From assembly GCA_043228905.1 (NCBI GenBank), contig JBHGNT010000013.1, positions 6,014,001 through 6,078,000 of the forward strand: a stretch of DNA of 64,000 nucleotides, read 5' to 3'. Made by a program: the position numbers and the translations under genes. The first letter of the stretch is position 1; the number at the start of each line of letters is the position of its first letter. The notes beneath the pieces were generated by a model that was not told the DNA's origin, did no database searches, and saw only the letters and a program-made list of their open reading frames with translations. Shown here piece by piece: positions 25,701 through 39,755 of the stretch. This DNA comes from Azolla caroliniana. Taxonomy: Eukaryota > Plantae > Polypodiophyta.

Positions 25701-28380
25701 CTCTTGATTGTTACTGGCTATGGTAGACACGGCCATCAAGTGATGAAGCATATTATTGATTTATTTGTTTATTGTTTTATATATATATATATGAAAGTGA
25801 TATTTAAAGAAAAAGTTGGCATTCAAGTGATGAAGCATATTATTCATTCATTTGTTTATTGTTTTATAGATATATATATATATGAAAGTGATATTTAAAG
25901 AAAAAGTTGGCAGTCATGTGATTATTGAATTGGAATGTCAACATGGTTGGGAGGAGTTAAATTGAATTCACTTGATGGTTTGGAGCAGCTAACACTAATT
26001 TTTGTATGCTTGTGAGCTTGATGTGTGTTTGCTGTTATATAGGACCATGGTTCTGGATGTGTTGATGTAGACATGCACGGGAATGCATTATGATTAACAA
26101 ATTCTTCACGATGACTTCAATATCCCTCACATATTTACACATTAACAATGTTAGTACTTGTACCAAGGTCAATTGAAGATAGTTGAAGCAACTTTGGAAA
26201 CCAAGGATGATTCAGTTATGTTAAACACATCGATGGCTTTTCCAAGATTTTAATCTACCTAATCCATGTTGTAATTCTTCGAATTTTGAGGATTGTGCTA
26301 ACACTTTGGACTGTTTGTTACAAAAGGTGAATGTCTACCTAATGAGGCTATTACATATTTGGACTAGAGAATATCACCTCTCTAACCAAACTAGATGATA
26401 GTGGGAATACCTACCCTTGGAATTGATATTTCTTTTGTGTATAAAATTAGGCGTGTCTAGATTTAGAGGGCCTTAAGAGCTCAGGGGGATTGAAAAGTTA
26501 AAACATCATCAAATACCGAGACATGACAACATGCGTAGTAGGTAGGTGTCCATATTCTATAGTCTCTATTTATGTACTAGCTTCGTATTGTGATGGTCAA
26601 TGTGAAAACAACTAAGAAACACGAAGCTGTGTGGATTTGCAAAGTTGTAAAAACCGACAGCCATATTCACATCGATGCCTGAATTGATTGATGGATTTAT
26701 ATCATGGGTATTAATTACTGGACAATGGCAAACATAAAAATTGCACTCTAATGCTTAAGGACTAATTCATCCTTAGGGATTGACTTCAAAAAATGATTGT
26801 TAAATACACTAGGAATGACGTGAGATGAAGGCCACAAGGGCTCCTCCTCATAGTGTGGCGGCAGTGTCCGATGCATGTTCGGGAAATAGGTGGAAGCAGT
26901 GGCCCCGACTCCCTTGGATTCGATGAACTCGTCTGAAGACACAAGTAGCCCGGAGCCGCCATCATCTCGGAAATGCCGGAGCACCTCGAAATATTTGACA
27001 GCGCCTGGTAGCAAGGGATCGCCATCGGCAGCCGCAACAAGCACCGGCACATTCGGAACATCGCTCACCCTCACTGATGTCTCGGGATGCAACGGATTCA
27101 TTAGTGGGTGCCCTAATTTGGCGCCCTCGGGTAGCGCCGAAGTCTAAAACTAAGAGTTTAATTGTAGAGTAGGATACTACTCGATAGTACGGTAAATAGC
27201 ATTTTTAATATGTTTGTTTGTTTGTTTGTGTTATCGTCCGAATCCAACCCCTCTCCTCACCTTTGTTTCGTTGTAATCGTGTGTGCTTGCTCCGTTGCCC
27301 TTTGTTATTCGGGTGCTTGTACCTTCTGCTTGTCAATCCTGTCACCCGTTTCAAAAATGTGAAAGTTGAGCCCCCATGCCAAACTCTTCAAGTCCTCTCT
27401 CTCTCTTTCTCTCTATCTGTCTCTAGGTCTCAATGTCTCGCGCCATCTTATATAGATGTAATATTGAGTTAAAAGTCTTTGTATGTTTAATATACCCATC
27501 TTTTTATCATATTCTTTTTTTGACCCTTCAACCGTACTTTGATATTTCAACAATATGGCTCTCGTGTTGCCAATATTTTTAGGAAGTGAATCATTATTGA
27601 GGATCATAATTGCACTTTCTTAAGGATAAAGGTATACGCAGTGTTGCCTTTTGACGGCCGTTTTGAACGTTTTTGGCAAATTTAACCGTATATGAAGGTT
27701 AATTTAAAAATGAAACCGTCAATCTTGACGGGCATATGTTTTATGAAAACGTAAAAATGAAGGCTTAAAATTTCCTAATACCGTCAAATTTTACTAAGAC
27801 CAATACAATAGTATTATAGTTCTAGGTAGTAGGAACAAATTGTTCAAGTTGCATTGGGAGTGTATGAATTTGAAAGATTCACATATGTGTGTAACGAAAA
27901 GGTAAAAAAACTAATAGAGTCTAGACTTTAAATTATGAATCTTTTCTTCCCAATTCCCCCGCCCCGTTTCCCCATCTAAAACCTTCCTTTCCCTTTCCCC
28001 CCCTTTCCCCCATTTTCCCCCATCTCCCCCCATTTCTCCCCTTTTCCCCTGTTTCTTCGTTGCTCCCTCAGCCCTGCACCTTGCTGGAAGCTCGCAACTC
28101 AGTGCTCACTAATAACTATCCCTACTCGAAGCTTGTTGCTCGTTTCCTGCTACAGTCTACTCATAGATTCAGGCTTTCAGCAACACCTGCAGCAGTCCTA
28201 CTCACCCATCTAAGGTAGCTCTCTCTCTCTCTCTCTGGAATGCAAAGAACACTAGTAATTGAATATTTAGAAAAACTAACAGGATACATTTAGTCCGCAA
28301 GAAAAACCAGACACAAAAAACTCTAATTTCATGCATGCAACCTACACCATCATAGAAAGTCCAAACCCTAAATATGAAGC

Positions 28381-28828
<448 letters not shown>

Positions 28829-28833
28829 TATAG

Positions 28834-29442
28834 ATGAGGCCATTTATAGATGGATCACTTGAAAGTTGTATTAAACTATCTCAAAATTATGTGCAAAATG
28901 TTATTGATGGACTAAATGCAAGATTCCCTGACTTAAGCCTCTTCAATGCAGCAAAATTATTCAGCCCATGCCATTATGCAGATGATGATGTGATTAGGGA
29001 TAGTAAAGCAAAGACATGGTTGGGAATTTTGATTTCTCACTTACAGCCAAATGTTGATGTCAATGCATGTCCTCAAATTTTACATGATGCAAAGGCTTGT
29101 GAAATGGAACTCTATAGGTTTGTTGACACTTTACGTTTAAATTGTGAAGGCTATACTATGCATGAAGCTTGGCGTATGTTTTGCAAAATGAAGGATTGGC
29201 AAGATAGTTTCCCTCATTTGATGAAATTATGGCAAGCTACTTTGGTTATTCCGTCTAGCACAGTTTCGTGTGAGAGAGGGTTTTCTAAGCAAAATCTCAT
29301 CAAAGAGATGAAAAGAAATCGATTGAATATAGAGCATTTAGATGATTTAATGCGAGTCTCATTGAATGTGCCACACATTGAAGAGATACAATGGGATCGT
29401 GTATATGAAATTTGGAAAGATGCAAAGGATAGAAGGGTATAA
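28834..29442 (+). pseudogene. hAT transposase C-terminal (dimerization) fragment
   Basis: VIPSSTVSCERGFSKQNLIKEMKRNRLNIEHLDDLM motif. Confidence 0.9.
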
Positions 29443-32231
29443 TATATTGTTTCGTACAAATATTCGATGTATTTACTTTTTGAAGGGCATTTTTTTTGGT
29501 AAACCGTCAATTTGACGGGCAAAAATTCTGGAATACCGTTCTCATGACAGGCAATGTTGGCCGTCAAAAGGCAACACTGGGTATACATAATCACAAATCT
29601 TTGCACCAACTTTTCATTCAAATTGAAGGATGGAGATTTATTGTTGTTTAAAAGTTGCAAAGTTTGGTAATTTTTACAATCCAAATGCATTGACTCGTAT
29701 GATTTCATTTAGAATATAAAAGGCTTTGATGAAGTTAGGCAAGTAGCCATAAATGAAAATTTGGATAGAATAATAATAAGTTAGTATCACATGTATAAAG
29801 CCTACATTAACCCTAGTACAAGAGAGACAATATATTGGGATATAAACCCATTATTTTCTTTTATGATTTTTATTTAAAGGGTGCCCATTATAAAGTTCTA
29901 TTAATAGTCATTGTAGACTGTACCATTACTTTCACTTACTTAAAAGTGATAACATAATTGAAAGAAAACGATGCGCTACATCATTTTCAACATTTGATCC
30001 GATGGGGCCGAAAGCAAATGATTAGCCTTCATCCAACAATAGTCATCCTATCCCGTTCTTGAGTAAATGGCCTTCACATAAGATGGAACTATCGAGTCCC
30101 TTCTAGGATTTGAACAGAACATTCTCGGTTGTAATATTTGATAACTAATGGAAAGACTTTTGGTTTTTGGGAAAAAGGAAAAAATTAGAAAAAGAAAGCT
30201 TCATAGAAATGTGAATAGATCAATAAAGCTCGTGGAGTCAAGATAAACGCTTCAACTCACCACGAGGAATGCTTATGCATAAAACATAAATGCTTTAAAG
30301 GGTCGTGAAAAATGCCTTCTATGTCTATAAACCACACGTGATGTTGTATGCCCACTCCAATATAAACATTAAACAATTTAAAGGGCGAAACAAAATGTAT
30401 GGTGACATCAATGAAACTTATTTGGTGTATATCAAATCCAATCTTTTGTTGCCATGAAATGACATAAGTAATCATTTGGAGGGATACATTAATCGATTTT
30501 TAAAAAAATCTTAAAGAACATGAAAAGTGCCCTATGAATAAATGGCGTTCATCTATATTCATCTAAATACATTTAAAAACTACTAGCATATGGTGGACAT
30601 CAACAATCATAATTTGTGGCTTACATTGAGAATCGACACTCAAAATGCAAATGGCAACTTGATGTATATAATATCTTGTAACCTAAAAACAAGGATTGAG
30701 TTATATGAATGATAAGATCCATGAATAATTGATAAATGATATAAAAATGATCAAGGCATATGCAATAACTTATTCATAACTATGTATTTTATAAGAACTT
30801 CATGCCCAAATGCGGATGTGTATTCAAACTTGAATTGTATACAAGTTCCCATACTTGACGTTAGTTTTGGACTTCCTCTTCTATCTTCATCATTGGAATG
30901 CATTAATTTTGTAAAATAACTTTACATTAATACTATGCATGTAATAATAATTAGTGAATATAAGTTACTCCATAAAATTTGAAAGTTAACATAAAGGTGT
31001 TTCATATAATTTTCTCAAGCAACAATGTGACCATGTACTGAATAACTTTTATCACTTTTGTGTCACTATAAAGAAGGGTTAAACACCATTTGTTCTTTGC
31101 AAATAAATTCTATAATCCATTAAAACGCTTTCAATACTTCGGGGTCGTTTACTCATCCCCCATTAATGTTGGATATTGGTAAAAGAAGGTAATCATGTGG
31201 TCAAGTTTTGTACCAACTCTAGGGACTTAGGTAGTTGGTGATTGGACCTTTTTAATACTATGTCAAAACCTAATAGTGCGTAATAAACCCTTTGCTAGAA
31301 ATTTAACTTTTAATTTTAATAGTTTGACCTCTAAACATACAACAATTTAGAATACTCCATAAGTCTTGAATGCTAATTGATTTTGGGAATGATGATAATT
31401 CAACCTCTAGAAAGTTTAATTTTGCTAAGTTTGATAATTTAGCCCACAAAACTGTCAAGCATCTTTGACTAAGCTACTATTTTGTGTTAGATCTAGTTGT
31501 CCAGGCATAGAGCTCGTCCCATGAAAATCATTTTCAATTCCTTTAACAATGTTAAACTTTCTAAACTGTTTTAGCTCATCTATGGTCTAGGAAAAATATT
31601 ATAGTGTGGGAAAATTACACTTGAAACCTTCCATATAAATGTGATCTCATCTATCTACAACTTGCTAACATGTCTAACATATAGAACTACTCTTCTATAT
31701 CCCATGTGAGACATTAAATGATGCATTAAGGTGATAAACGCCAAAGTGCGGCTTCAAATATACTCAAAACTACATGACATATATGTTACCAATATAGTGG
31801 CTTTTAGTAAAATTGAGGATGAATTTCCGTTGTTGTGATGTAATTGGGTGATATGGAGGAGAACTGTGTTCATAAGGAGTATTAAAAAAGATGGGTTAAA
31901 TCCTCTTGCGAAGGGTAGAAATCAACTATGTAAAAGATTTGTGTGTTATGCAGCAACCTATAAATAGTAATTCTTGAGGTTTAAATGTTTGCTCATTTGT
32001 GGGGTTTTCAACATGGTGGATTAATGCATTCAGACTAGTAAAGAGATCAATAATTGGAATAACAAACTTTATTGATGAAAACTATGTTTTATCACTAATT
32101 GTGTGTTTAACTTATCAATCAAATCAAAGACACGATCAAAGAGCATTGCCAAACAAGCATTGTGAGACAAAATTTTCTATCCGAAATGTTGAAATATGGT
32201 TTTTTCAAAAGATTGTCTAGCCACTCAAAAC

Positions 32232-32449
32232 CATGGTGTTCAAATTGATCCTTCTTGAATATAGAAACTAAAACTCTATTCATTCTTCTTTCATAATGTA
32301 TCAAAACTTCTTTCATTGGTGAGTTTCTATAATTGATGGTTGAACATGGTGTTCAATTTGATCATTCTTGAATGTAGAAACTAAAACTCTATTCATACTT
32401 CTTTAATAATGTATCAGAACTTCTTTCATTGGTGGGTTTCTATAATTGA
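32232..32449. repeat. About 113-bp tandem duplication
   Basis: catggtgttcaa...tttctataattga occurs twice with a few mismatches. Confidence 0.8.
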
Positions 32450-35400
32450 CGAGTTTTTTGTGGTATTTTCTGTTTTATAAACATTGAGAATCAATTAGAT
32501 AGACATATCGATTTACAGTCTCAAAGATATATATGAAAAAATAAATTCTATTACATACGGCATTAGCTTATGATGTTAGTTCACCAACCCGCTCACACTT
32601 AAGACCTTAGATGGGAATGGTCCAGTCGATTACAAAATTGGTGGTGACAAATAATAGACACAACCATTGTGTAAGAGATAGAGAGAGTGGATTGTATTCT
32701 TTCTTTGGTCCCGATGTAACATTTAAATGTGCAAGGCACTTGATAATAATGGGGATATTCTTTTTTTGTGAACTTACTTGAGATTTAATATGACCCAACT
32801 CCCTAGATAGAAGCTAGTGCTAGATACTACTTATCTTAAAGTCAATTGCACATGCTTCAAGACTATGTACATCTTAACTCGCCCACACAATTTTTTTCTA
32901 GTCAACCTAATAAATCAATGTTACTACCATACTCCCCTCTTTCCTAAATACATTTACTCCTACTCACAATAGCTACTCCTCATTTGGTGCACTATGACAA
33001 AATGTGTACTTTAAGAATACATGAGAGGATAATTTGACAACTTCAGGTTGATAATTGATTATTTCTAACACATCCTGATTCCCCTATATGGTCAACCCAT
33101 TCAGTTTATTGTGAATCGGGTCAACCCCTAGTCATCTGACGTGTTGTAGCTCAATTGCTCCATGCACCTTTGTGAAGATTTCTGCAACATTCTCTGATAT
33201 CGAGCAAGACTCCTACTCCACATACTCATTATCTATTAGCTCTTGCACATAGTGATACTGAATCTCTTTGTGTTTGTTACGTGCATGAATTGTGGGGTTC
33301 TTGGAAATGGCAATGCAACTTTAACTGTCACATCTCACCACTGTTATTGTCCTCATTTGAACCATCACATGCATAAGGATTATTCCTTAATAAAAAAATC
33401 CTCACATGCCGCTATACGTGTCACTTTGTATTCCATCTCCATCAAAGATAATGTTGTTGTTATTTGCTTTTTAGTGATCCAGGTAACAATTCCAGAACCC
33501 ATTAAGAAACTATATTGATAAAAAAATATTATTTTCTGGCATCATTATGTCTAATCCAATCAAAGTTGTTGTTAGAGCTAATTCCTAATGTAAGCATGAG
33601 ATAAGGAAATATATTATTAGAATATAGAGAGGAGAAAGAGAAAGAAGGGCGTCGACCCACCCTACCACCCCAAAGCGAAGGGATCGAGATGGACTCGAGC
33701 CTCAATCAGTGTCCCATACCATTGTCGCGGCATCGAGTCTGTTTGGATCCCTTCGGTTGGGGGTGGCCGAATGTTGAAAATGCCTTCATCTAATGCGGAA
33801 CAAGATCAACACTCTTCTAGGAGAAGATCGAGAACATATGAGAAATCGTATTTGATTGATGATTGCATAGACAGAAAACAGGAATGCAACTAGTATGCAA
33901 CAAAAGAGAGAAAGAGAGATAGTTAAGCACAATGTGAAGAGTTCTTGCAACTTAAGACAACAACACCTATAACTAGGTTACAAAGTCAGTTGATATACTA
34001 CCTAACTTAGGGCAACTACCCTTCTCACTATTTACATTAATAACCTAAGCTCAGTGTGTACAAAGAGGACAATGTGAATACATCCATTAGAAACCCGTAT
34101 TCAACACTCCCCCGTAATGGGGGTATACATCTGAAATTTGTAAATCGAAAAGAATATACAATACAGATTGATACCAAGTTTCCGATTTAATTAAAAAACT
34201 CTTTTGAGTTGTGAACAGAGCAGAATGCCGGATTGATTGAGGTCGGAGAGACTGAAACCGAATTATGAACTGTCCGAGAAACATCCTGAGTGTTCGATTT
34301 AATCGGACTAATTCTTCATTACGCCCATTCGATGCCGATGGGATCTAAATCAATCATTTGAAAGGTATTTGGTCAATGTGTATGCTACATTATAGGCTAT
34401 GGATATCTTTTCAAGATTGATTTTCCCTGAAATGACGCAATCTCAAACGAAATGATATCGAACATTGATATGCTTGGAGGCGTTGTGATGGACCGGATTT
34501 TTTGACAGAGCAACAACATCTTGACTGTCACTGTAAACAATTGAACCTGAGCCGATTTCGGCTTGTCAAAACATGCAGGCCAGCCAACCAAGCCATAAGG
34601 CCTCTTTCGCCGCATCGGATGCGGCTACGTATTCTGCCTCGTTCATTGATGTGGCGTTGCACTCCTGAAGTTTTGATTTCCACGAGATCGCTCCATTGCT
34701 AAGTTTAAAACAATATCCGGTTGTCGATTTACGACTGTCTACGCAACCAGCAAAGTCCAAGTCGGTGTATCCGACTACGCTTGAGATGTCATTCGAGCCG
34801 AATAGAATACTAAGGTCTTTTGTGCCCACCAGATATTTGAACACATGCTTGACTACATTCCAATGCGATCGGCCAGGATTGTACATAAATCTGTTGACAA
34901 CTCCAACGGCATGAGCGATGTTAGGCCGTGTCGCCACCATCGCGTACATCAGGGAGGCAACTGTCGGCGCATACGGGACCAACTTCATAATTTCCCCCTC
35001 CGGACTGGATGTTGGCCAGTCTCGCTAAGACAGCCGAGTACTAATGGGGACTGGGGTTAAAGGAGATTTTGTAGATTGCATGTTGAAGCATTCAAGGACA
35101 CATCCAATGTAGTCGGATTGAGACAAAAACAATTGCCTTCGATTTCAATTCCGACTTATTTTCATGCCAAGAATGTGTCATGCCGAAACGAGGTTCTTCA
35201 TGGCAAACTTCAACCGCAATTTCCAAACAAGTTCGGCGAGTTCTCCGGCATGGTGACCGGAGATGAGCATGTCATCGACGTATATGATGAGGAAGATGGG
35301 GGATCCATCCTTAGATGTTTTTGTGAAGAGGCAGTGGTCCTCATCGCTCTTTGAGAAGCCGATCGATTGGATGAATTCATCAAAAACACTGGGTCATTGA

Positions 35401-35923
35401 AAACAAGTAATATGTCGTATTCTCTTTTGCCATAGTTGGTGAGATGCATAAAAATACCCTAATTTAGCATGATTTTGAAAATGTACGATGCATGCGTTCC
35501 TATATTGCGAATGGGTGGTGAAATGTAGAACTAAATAAAATCCAAGCATTTGGTGAATTGTATACCTCTTGTTTTCGTATGAATTTGTATATCGTGGAGT
35601 ATAATTGAATACTAGGTAGAATATTAAACATCTTTATTTGGTATCCATATCCAAATTGTAGAGTAAAACTACATAAACCCTAAATTTTAATATGTGGTTT
35701 ATACTATTTCAGATCAATAGGCTTGGAACGTAGGTAACTTAAAACCTTCTATTATAAATAACATTCACAATTTCATGTATATAATCAAGCAACGAGAAAT
35801 GAATAAGTATAATATCATGTTAATACCCCAAACTGGAGAAGAGCATGGTGACAATTCATGTATATATACAAATTACAATTCAAAAAACGATTAAGAAGTG
35901 AAATAATGAACGAGTGAATAAAA

Positions 35924-38905
35924 TTAAACGTTAAACATCTCAATCTCATTGATGTGCTTAGCTCTGAGTTCTTGATCCTGATCTAGACAGTCCCAGATTC
36001 TTGTGTTCCTCATTTTGATGAAGTTAACTTATGCAGGGTCCTTCTCCAACGCAAAACAGTTTCGGAACATTCTCAATGCACAAGCTGTGGTAGTACCTAA
36101 TGGCCGCATGAACATGGAAAAGTATGTATAAGAATTATAGTCTTAAACTTGATCGACAGAAATGTAAGTAAATTTATATTATATACCTGTGCCTAAGAAC
36201 AAGTCTAGGACCCAATCATCTGGGTTTGAGAAGAGCTCTAGAAGGCGGTTGATCAATCTTTGAGGTTTTTGATAAGGATTCACTAGACACTTATCACCTG
36301 AAACGTGCCTTAATTTTTTGGTGACAGCTGGGCACATGATAAAATTCACCACGTTACGCTCGTTCACATGTGCTCTAGCCTTCTTTTTTGTTATTGAATC
36401 ATAGTAACCCACACAAAAATGTTTGACCGCACTAACCATTTGGTCGCCAGGGCTACGTGTCATATTTGTTTTAATCCTACAGAGAAATCAAATCATGGTT
36501 TAGAGGTTAGAATCTAAACATATAATAACAAGTATCATTATGATTAAAAACAAAATGTAACACACCAGTGCATGTGTTCAGTGGCATGACAACATGACTT
36601 CAGAGCTGTTGTGACTGACAATAATTGCCCCATGCTATGGAATATGATTATCCGCCATAGGGGGGCCAATGTCAGTTCTGCGAAATCCTTTACCATCTTC
36701 TCAATTTGGGGGTACTTGAAAGGCACATCATCATATTTTGATCCCGCAATTCGGAATCGATATGGTATGTCGACGATCAGCAAAGTGTAGTGCCTTCTCG
36801 ATAATAGATCGAGCATTTGTGCCACTTCCCCATTGAATACACTATAATGTAACGGTTTAAAGGGTTTGGACCCATGCAAAAAACTCTTCACTATCTCCGA
36901 ATCCTCCAGCAATTCCATCTCTTTCCCTTTCATCATTCTCTTCCCGTACTTTGCGCATTCTAAATGTGTGATAAAGGCAACTGGAATGCCATCATTATTG
37001 TGAGTCTTGTTTTTTTATGTCAATGGTTTCTGCAAGTATCAATGTTGTTAGGAGAGAACATAAGCTTTCAATGTATTAACATTAAAATGACACATACCCA
37101 TTCTCTAAAAACAATAAAAAAATCCTCCAGTGCCTTGTAGGAAGAAGTTATTGGGCAAGCTTGCTAAACTTCTTCCCATGTCGGCAAACTCAATTTCTGC
37201 ATCATCAATTCCTGAATCTTCATGTACACCTTGTGACTACGCAATAAATATGACATTAGAAATTAGAAATCAAAAGAGAAGAACATCCTGACAAATTGTG
37301 TAGTATAAATCCTTACTTTTGCAATTCAGTAACCATCTCATCCAAACTAAATTCCTTGGCAACAACTCGAGATAGCACAGATATTAAAAGTTTGTCATCC
37401 TTAATACCCTGTAATGACCTCCAAGGTAAAAGTTTCATGTCTTTTGCTAACTCTTCGATTACCAAGTCGCTTTTGCCCTTTGACTTCATTTTGATCTCAA
37501 CTTGTGGATCAATCTTTCCCTTCTTTGACCTTTTCCCTTTGACCTCTTTCAACTCCCACATGCCAAATATTTTATCTTGGAGATCCCACACCTCTCCAGT
37601 CCGAAAGGCTAATTGAAACCAGGAATCATATTTTCGTAGCCCTTCCGATTTAGTGCTCTCATTGACTGCAATCCCCACTTCGAGTAAACATTGGCGACGC
37701 AAACCAGGGTCCAACCTTGGGCCAAAACGGTCTTATGCATCTAGATACTCATGATGAAAAAATCTGATCCTTTCAATGCATGACATCTTATGCCTATAAT
37801 CATTATCATTGTTATGGTCTGAAGCCAGTAGCTTCGCCTCTTTGTGAGTGAGTCCTGCATATACTTTACATTTGGCGTACTTAAAGAAGGGGGTGAGAGG
37901 GTATTCTTTGACAAGCTGTCTACGAGCTTCGGCCGAATGAGATCCTCCAATCACATGATACGTATAGTCATCAGCAGAGCTATGCTTGAAGTCTGCCACT
38001 GTTGGACATTGATCTTGATCTAGCATTACTAAAAATGGCACTACAGTAGCATGAGCATTAATTTTCATTTTGCTTTTCAAGTTTTGCACGTGAACAACGT
38101 GCGGCTCTCTAATTTCTAGGGGCCGTCTTTTTGTCAAGGGATCAATTGGAGGCCTCTGGATTGAAGTAATTGGCAAATGAAAAAGCTTCCCTTTACGCAC
38201 AAGTTCTGTCTTTACAGTATTTTCTCTTATTTTATTTTGTTTTGACGTCAATACACCGGAGGATAGTTGACCTCTTGAAGCCACGACGTCCACTAGGTTC
38301 TCTTCTTCTTCCTCCACGAATTCTAACACCTCTTCATCATCTTCGTCGGGTCATGGTCATTTGTTGTACTTCTTATGAACCAGATTTGACTTTCTTGACT
38401 TTTTTGGTGGAGTTTGTGCTTCACCACTCATCATTTCTCTAGTCACATATGGTCGCAATGCAACTAATAAGTTATTCTTCGTTTGTATGTCTTTACGTAA
38501 TGACTTGGGATTGCAACAATCAGCTACTAGGTTTCCCTTGTCAAGACGCACTCGTCTAGAGCCAACAGAGCTTGATACATCGATGATAATACTCGAAGAA
38601 TCAATATCGTCATATTCTATGTTGGTTACATGACCATAGTTAAACGTTTTGCCAAGCTCCAGTTTACCTTTACTGTCAAACTTAGCGCATATTAATATCA
38701 GCACCCCATCTTCCTCGACATACGAGAGACACCATTCTAAGTCTGGGTAATTCTTGTATTTAACTTTAGTTGACTTCTCTTCTTGGGCCCCACCCTTGTG
38801 ATTCTTGGTCGTTGCAATAGAGGACTTCGATGCCCCATCCCCCGTTGAGTCAAAAAGTGTTCTTCTAGAGACATCTTTGACAAAAGAGCCTGAATCTCGC
38901 TTCAT
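35924..38905 (-). pseudogene. Five-exon gene: ParB/Srx-like domain plus beta-class N6-adenine/N4-cytosine DNA methyltransferase (about 884 aa; 6 in-frame stops, no frameshift)
   Basis: Exons 38905-37317, 37236-37098, 37029-36566, 36476-36187, 36096-35924, with GT-AG introns of 80/68/89/90 nt that keep frame. Motifs: LLIVDIPY, WIKTN, NPYQKPQRLINRLLELFSNPDDWVLDLFLGTGTTTACALRMFRNCFALEKD; upstream YHVIGGSHSAEARRQL. Confidence 0.85.
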
Positions 38906-39135
38906 CGAAGTGCGAATCTTGAGTTTAAACGTAGGCACTTTTTGACAAGAGACACTAAAATTAAAAGCACATCTTGTTTAGGTTAATTACGAACTAGTCA
39001 ATACTCTTTGAATCGAAAAAGATGGATAAAGTAATAAAATAGAAGGAAATTACATGCAGAACACTAAAAAAGATTAACAGAATGATGAAAAAAGTGTATC
39101 TTAGGACAGAAAATTTCGATCTTAAATACCCTAAA

Positions 39136-39228
39136 TTTCAACCAAAATCTGATGCACTGCATAGGATTTTCGTTGAAACGAGGGTTTTTCAACCTAAATC
39201 CGATGCACTACACCAGATTTTGGTTGAA
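39136..39228. promoter_or_regulatory. Two tandem ~42-bp imperfect palindromes in the divergent intergenic region of the transposon
   Basis: tttcaaccaaaatctgatgcactgcataggattttcgttgaaa (39136-39178) and ttcaacctaaatccgatgcactacaccagattttggttgaa (39188-39228). Function is inferred, not shown. Confidence 0.5.
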
Positions 39229-39755
39229 GTTTGATCAATCTAGATATATATTTTAACTCAATGGTGTGTTTTCTTAACAAAATTGGTTTCATGTGATAAT
39301 ACTGGTATTGGAAAAGTTTGAGAATTATTACTTATTATAAAAAGGAATCTTTAGAGAATCTTTTAGAATCTTGGAAAATATAGAGAATATTACTAACATG
39401 GTGATCTTCTTTCCCTTGTTCATGATGCCTGGGTAGCGAGGTAGTGTGTCGGTGTGCTTGAAATTTGTCTGTGCTTTGAGCTCAATGGATTCTTAGTCGC
39501 GATAATGAAAATGAAGTTTGAACCTTCCTTATATATAAAAAAATTTTAATTTCTTTTTTTGAAAATAAAAATTATTATTTAATTAATTTTTTCAAATTTT
39601 TTTTCTTAAAAATATTAAACTCTAACTAAAAACCAATGTTTGGTTCTAATAGTTATATAGTACATGTTTCACCTTCCTTACTCTTTTCTATAGAGGACTT
39701 CGATATATAGGCAATTTATGGTAGTGCCACAGGGTTTGTCTTGAAGGTTTTGAGA

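Noticed and set aside
26748-27147. GC-rich ORFs of 85-117 aa
   Set aside because: No recognisable motif or supportable exon structure; left unannotated.
29700-33600. Short ORFs in the AT-rich region
   Set aside because: No motifs and many stops; likely decayed repeat or intergenic DNA.
35924-38905. Bacterial or phage contamination as the source of the MTase
   Set aside because: It has spliceosomal introns, sits within TIRs and a TSD inside a plant Copia, and shows the same C>T decay as neighbouring TEs.
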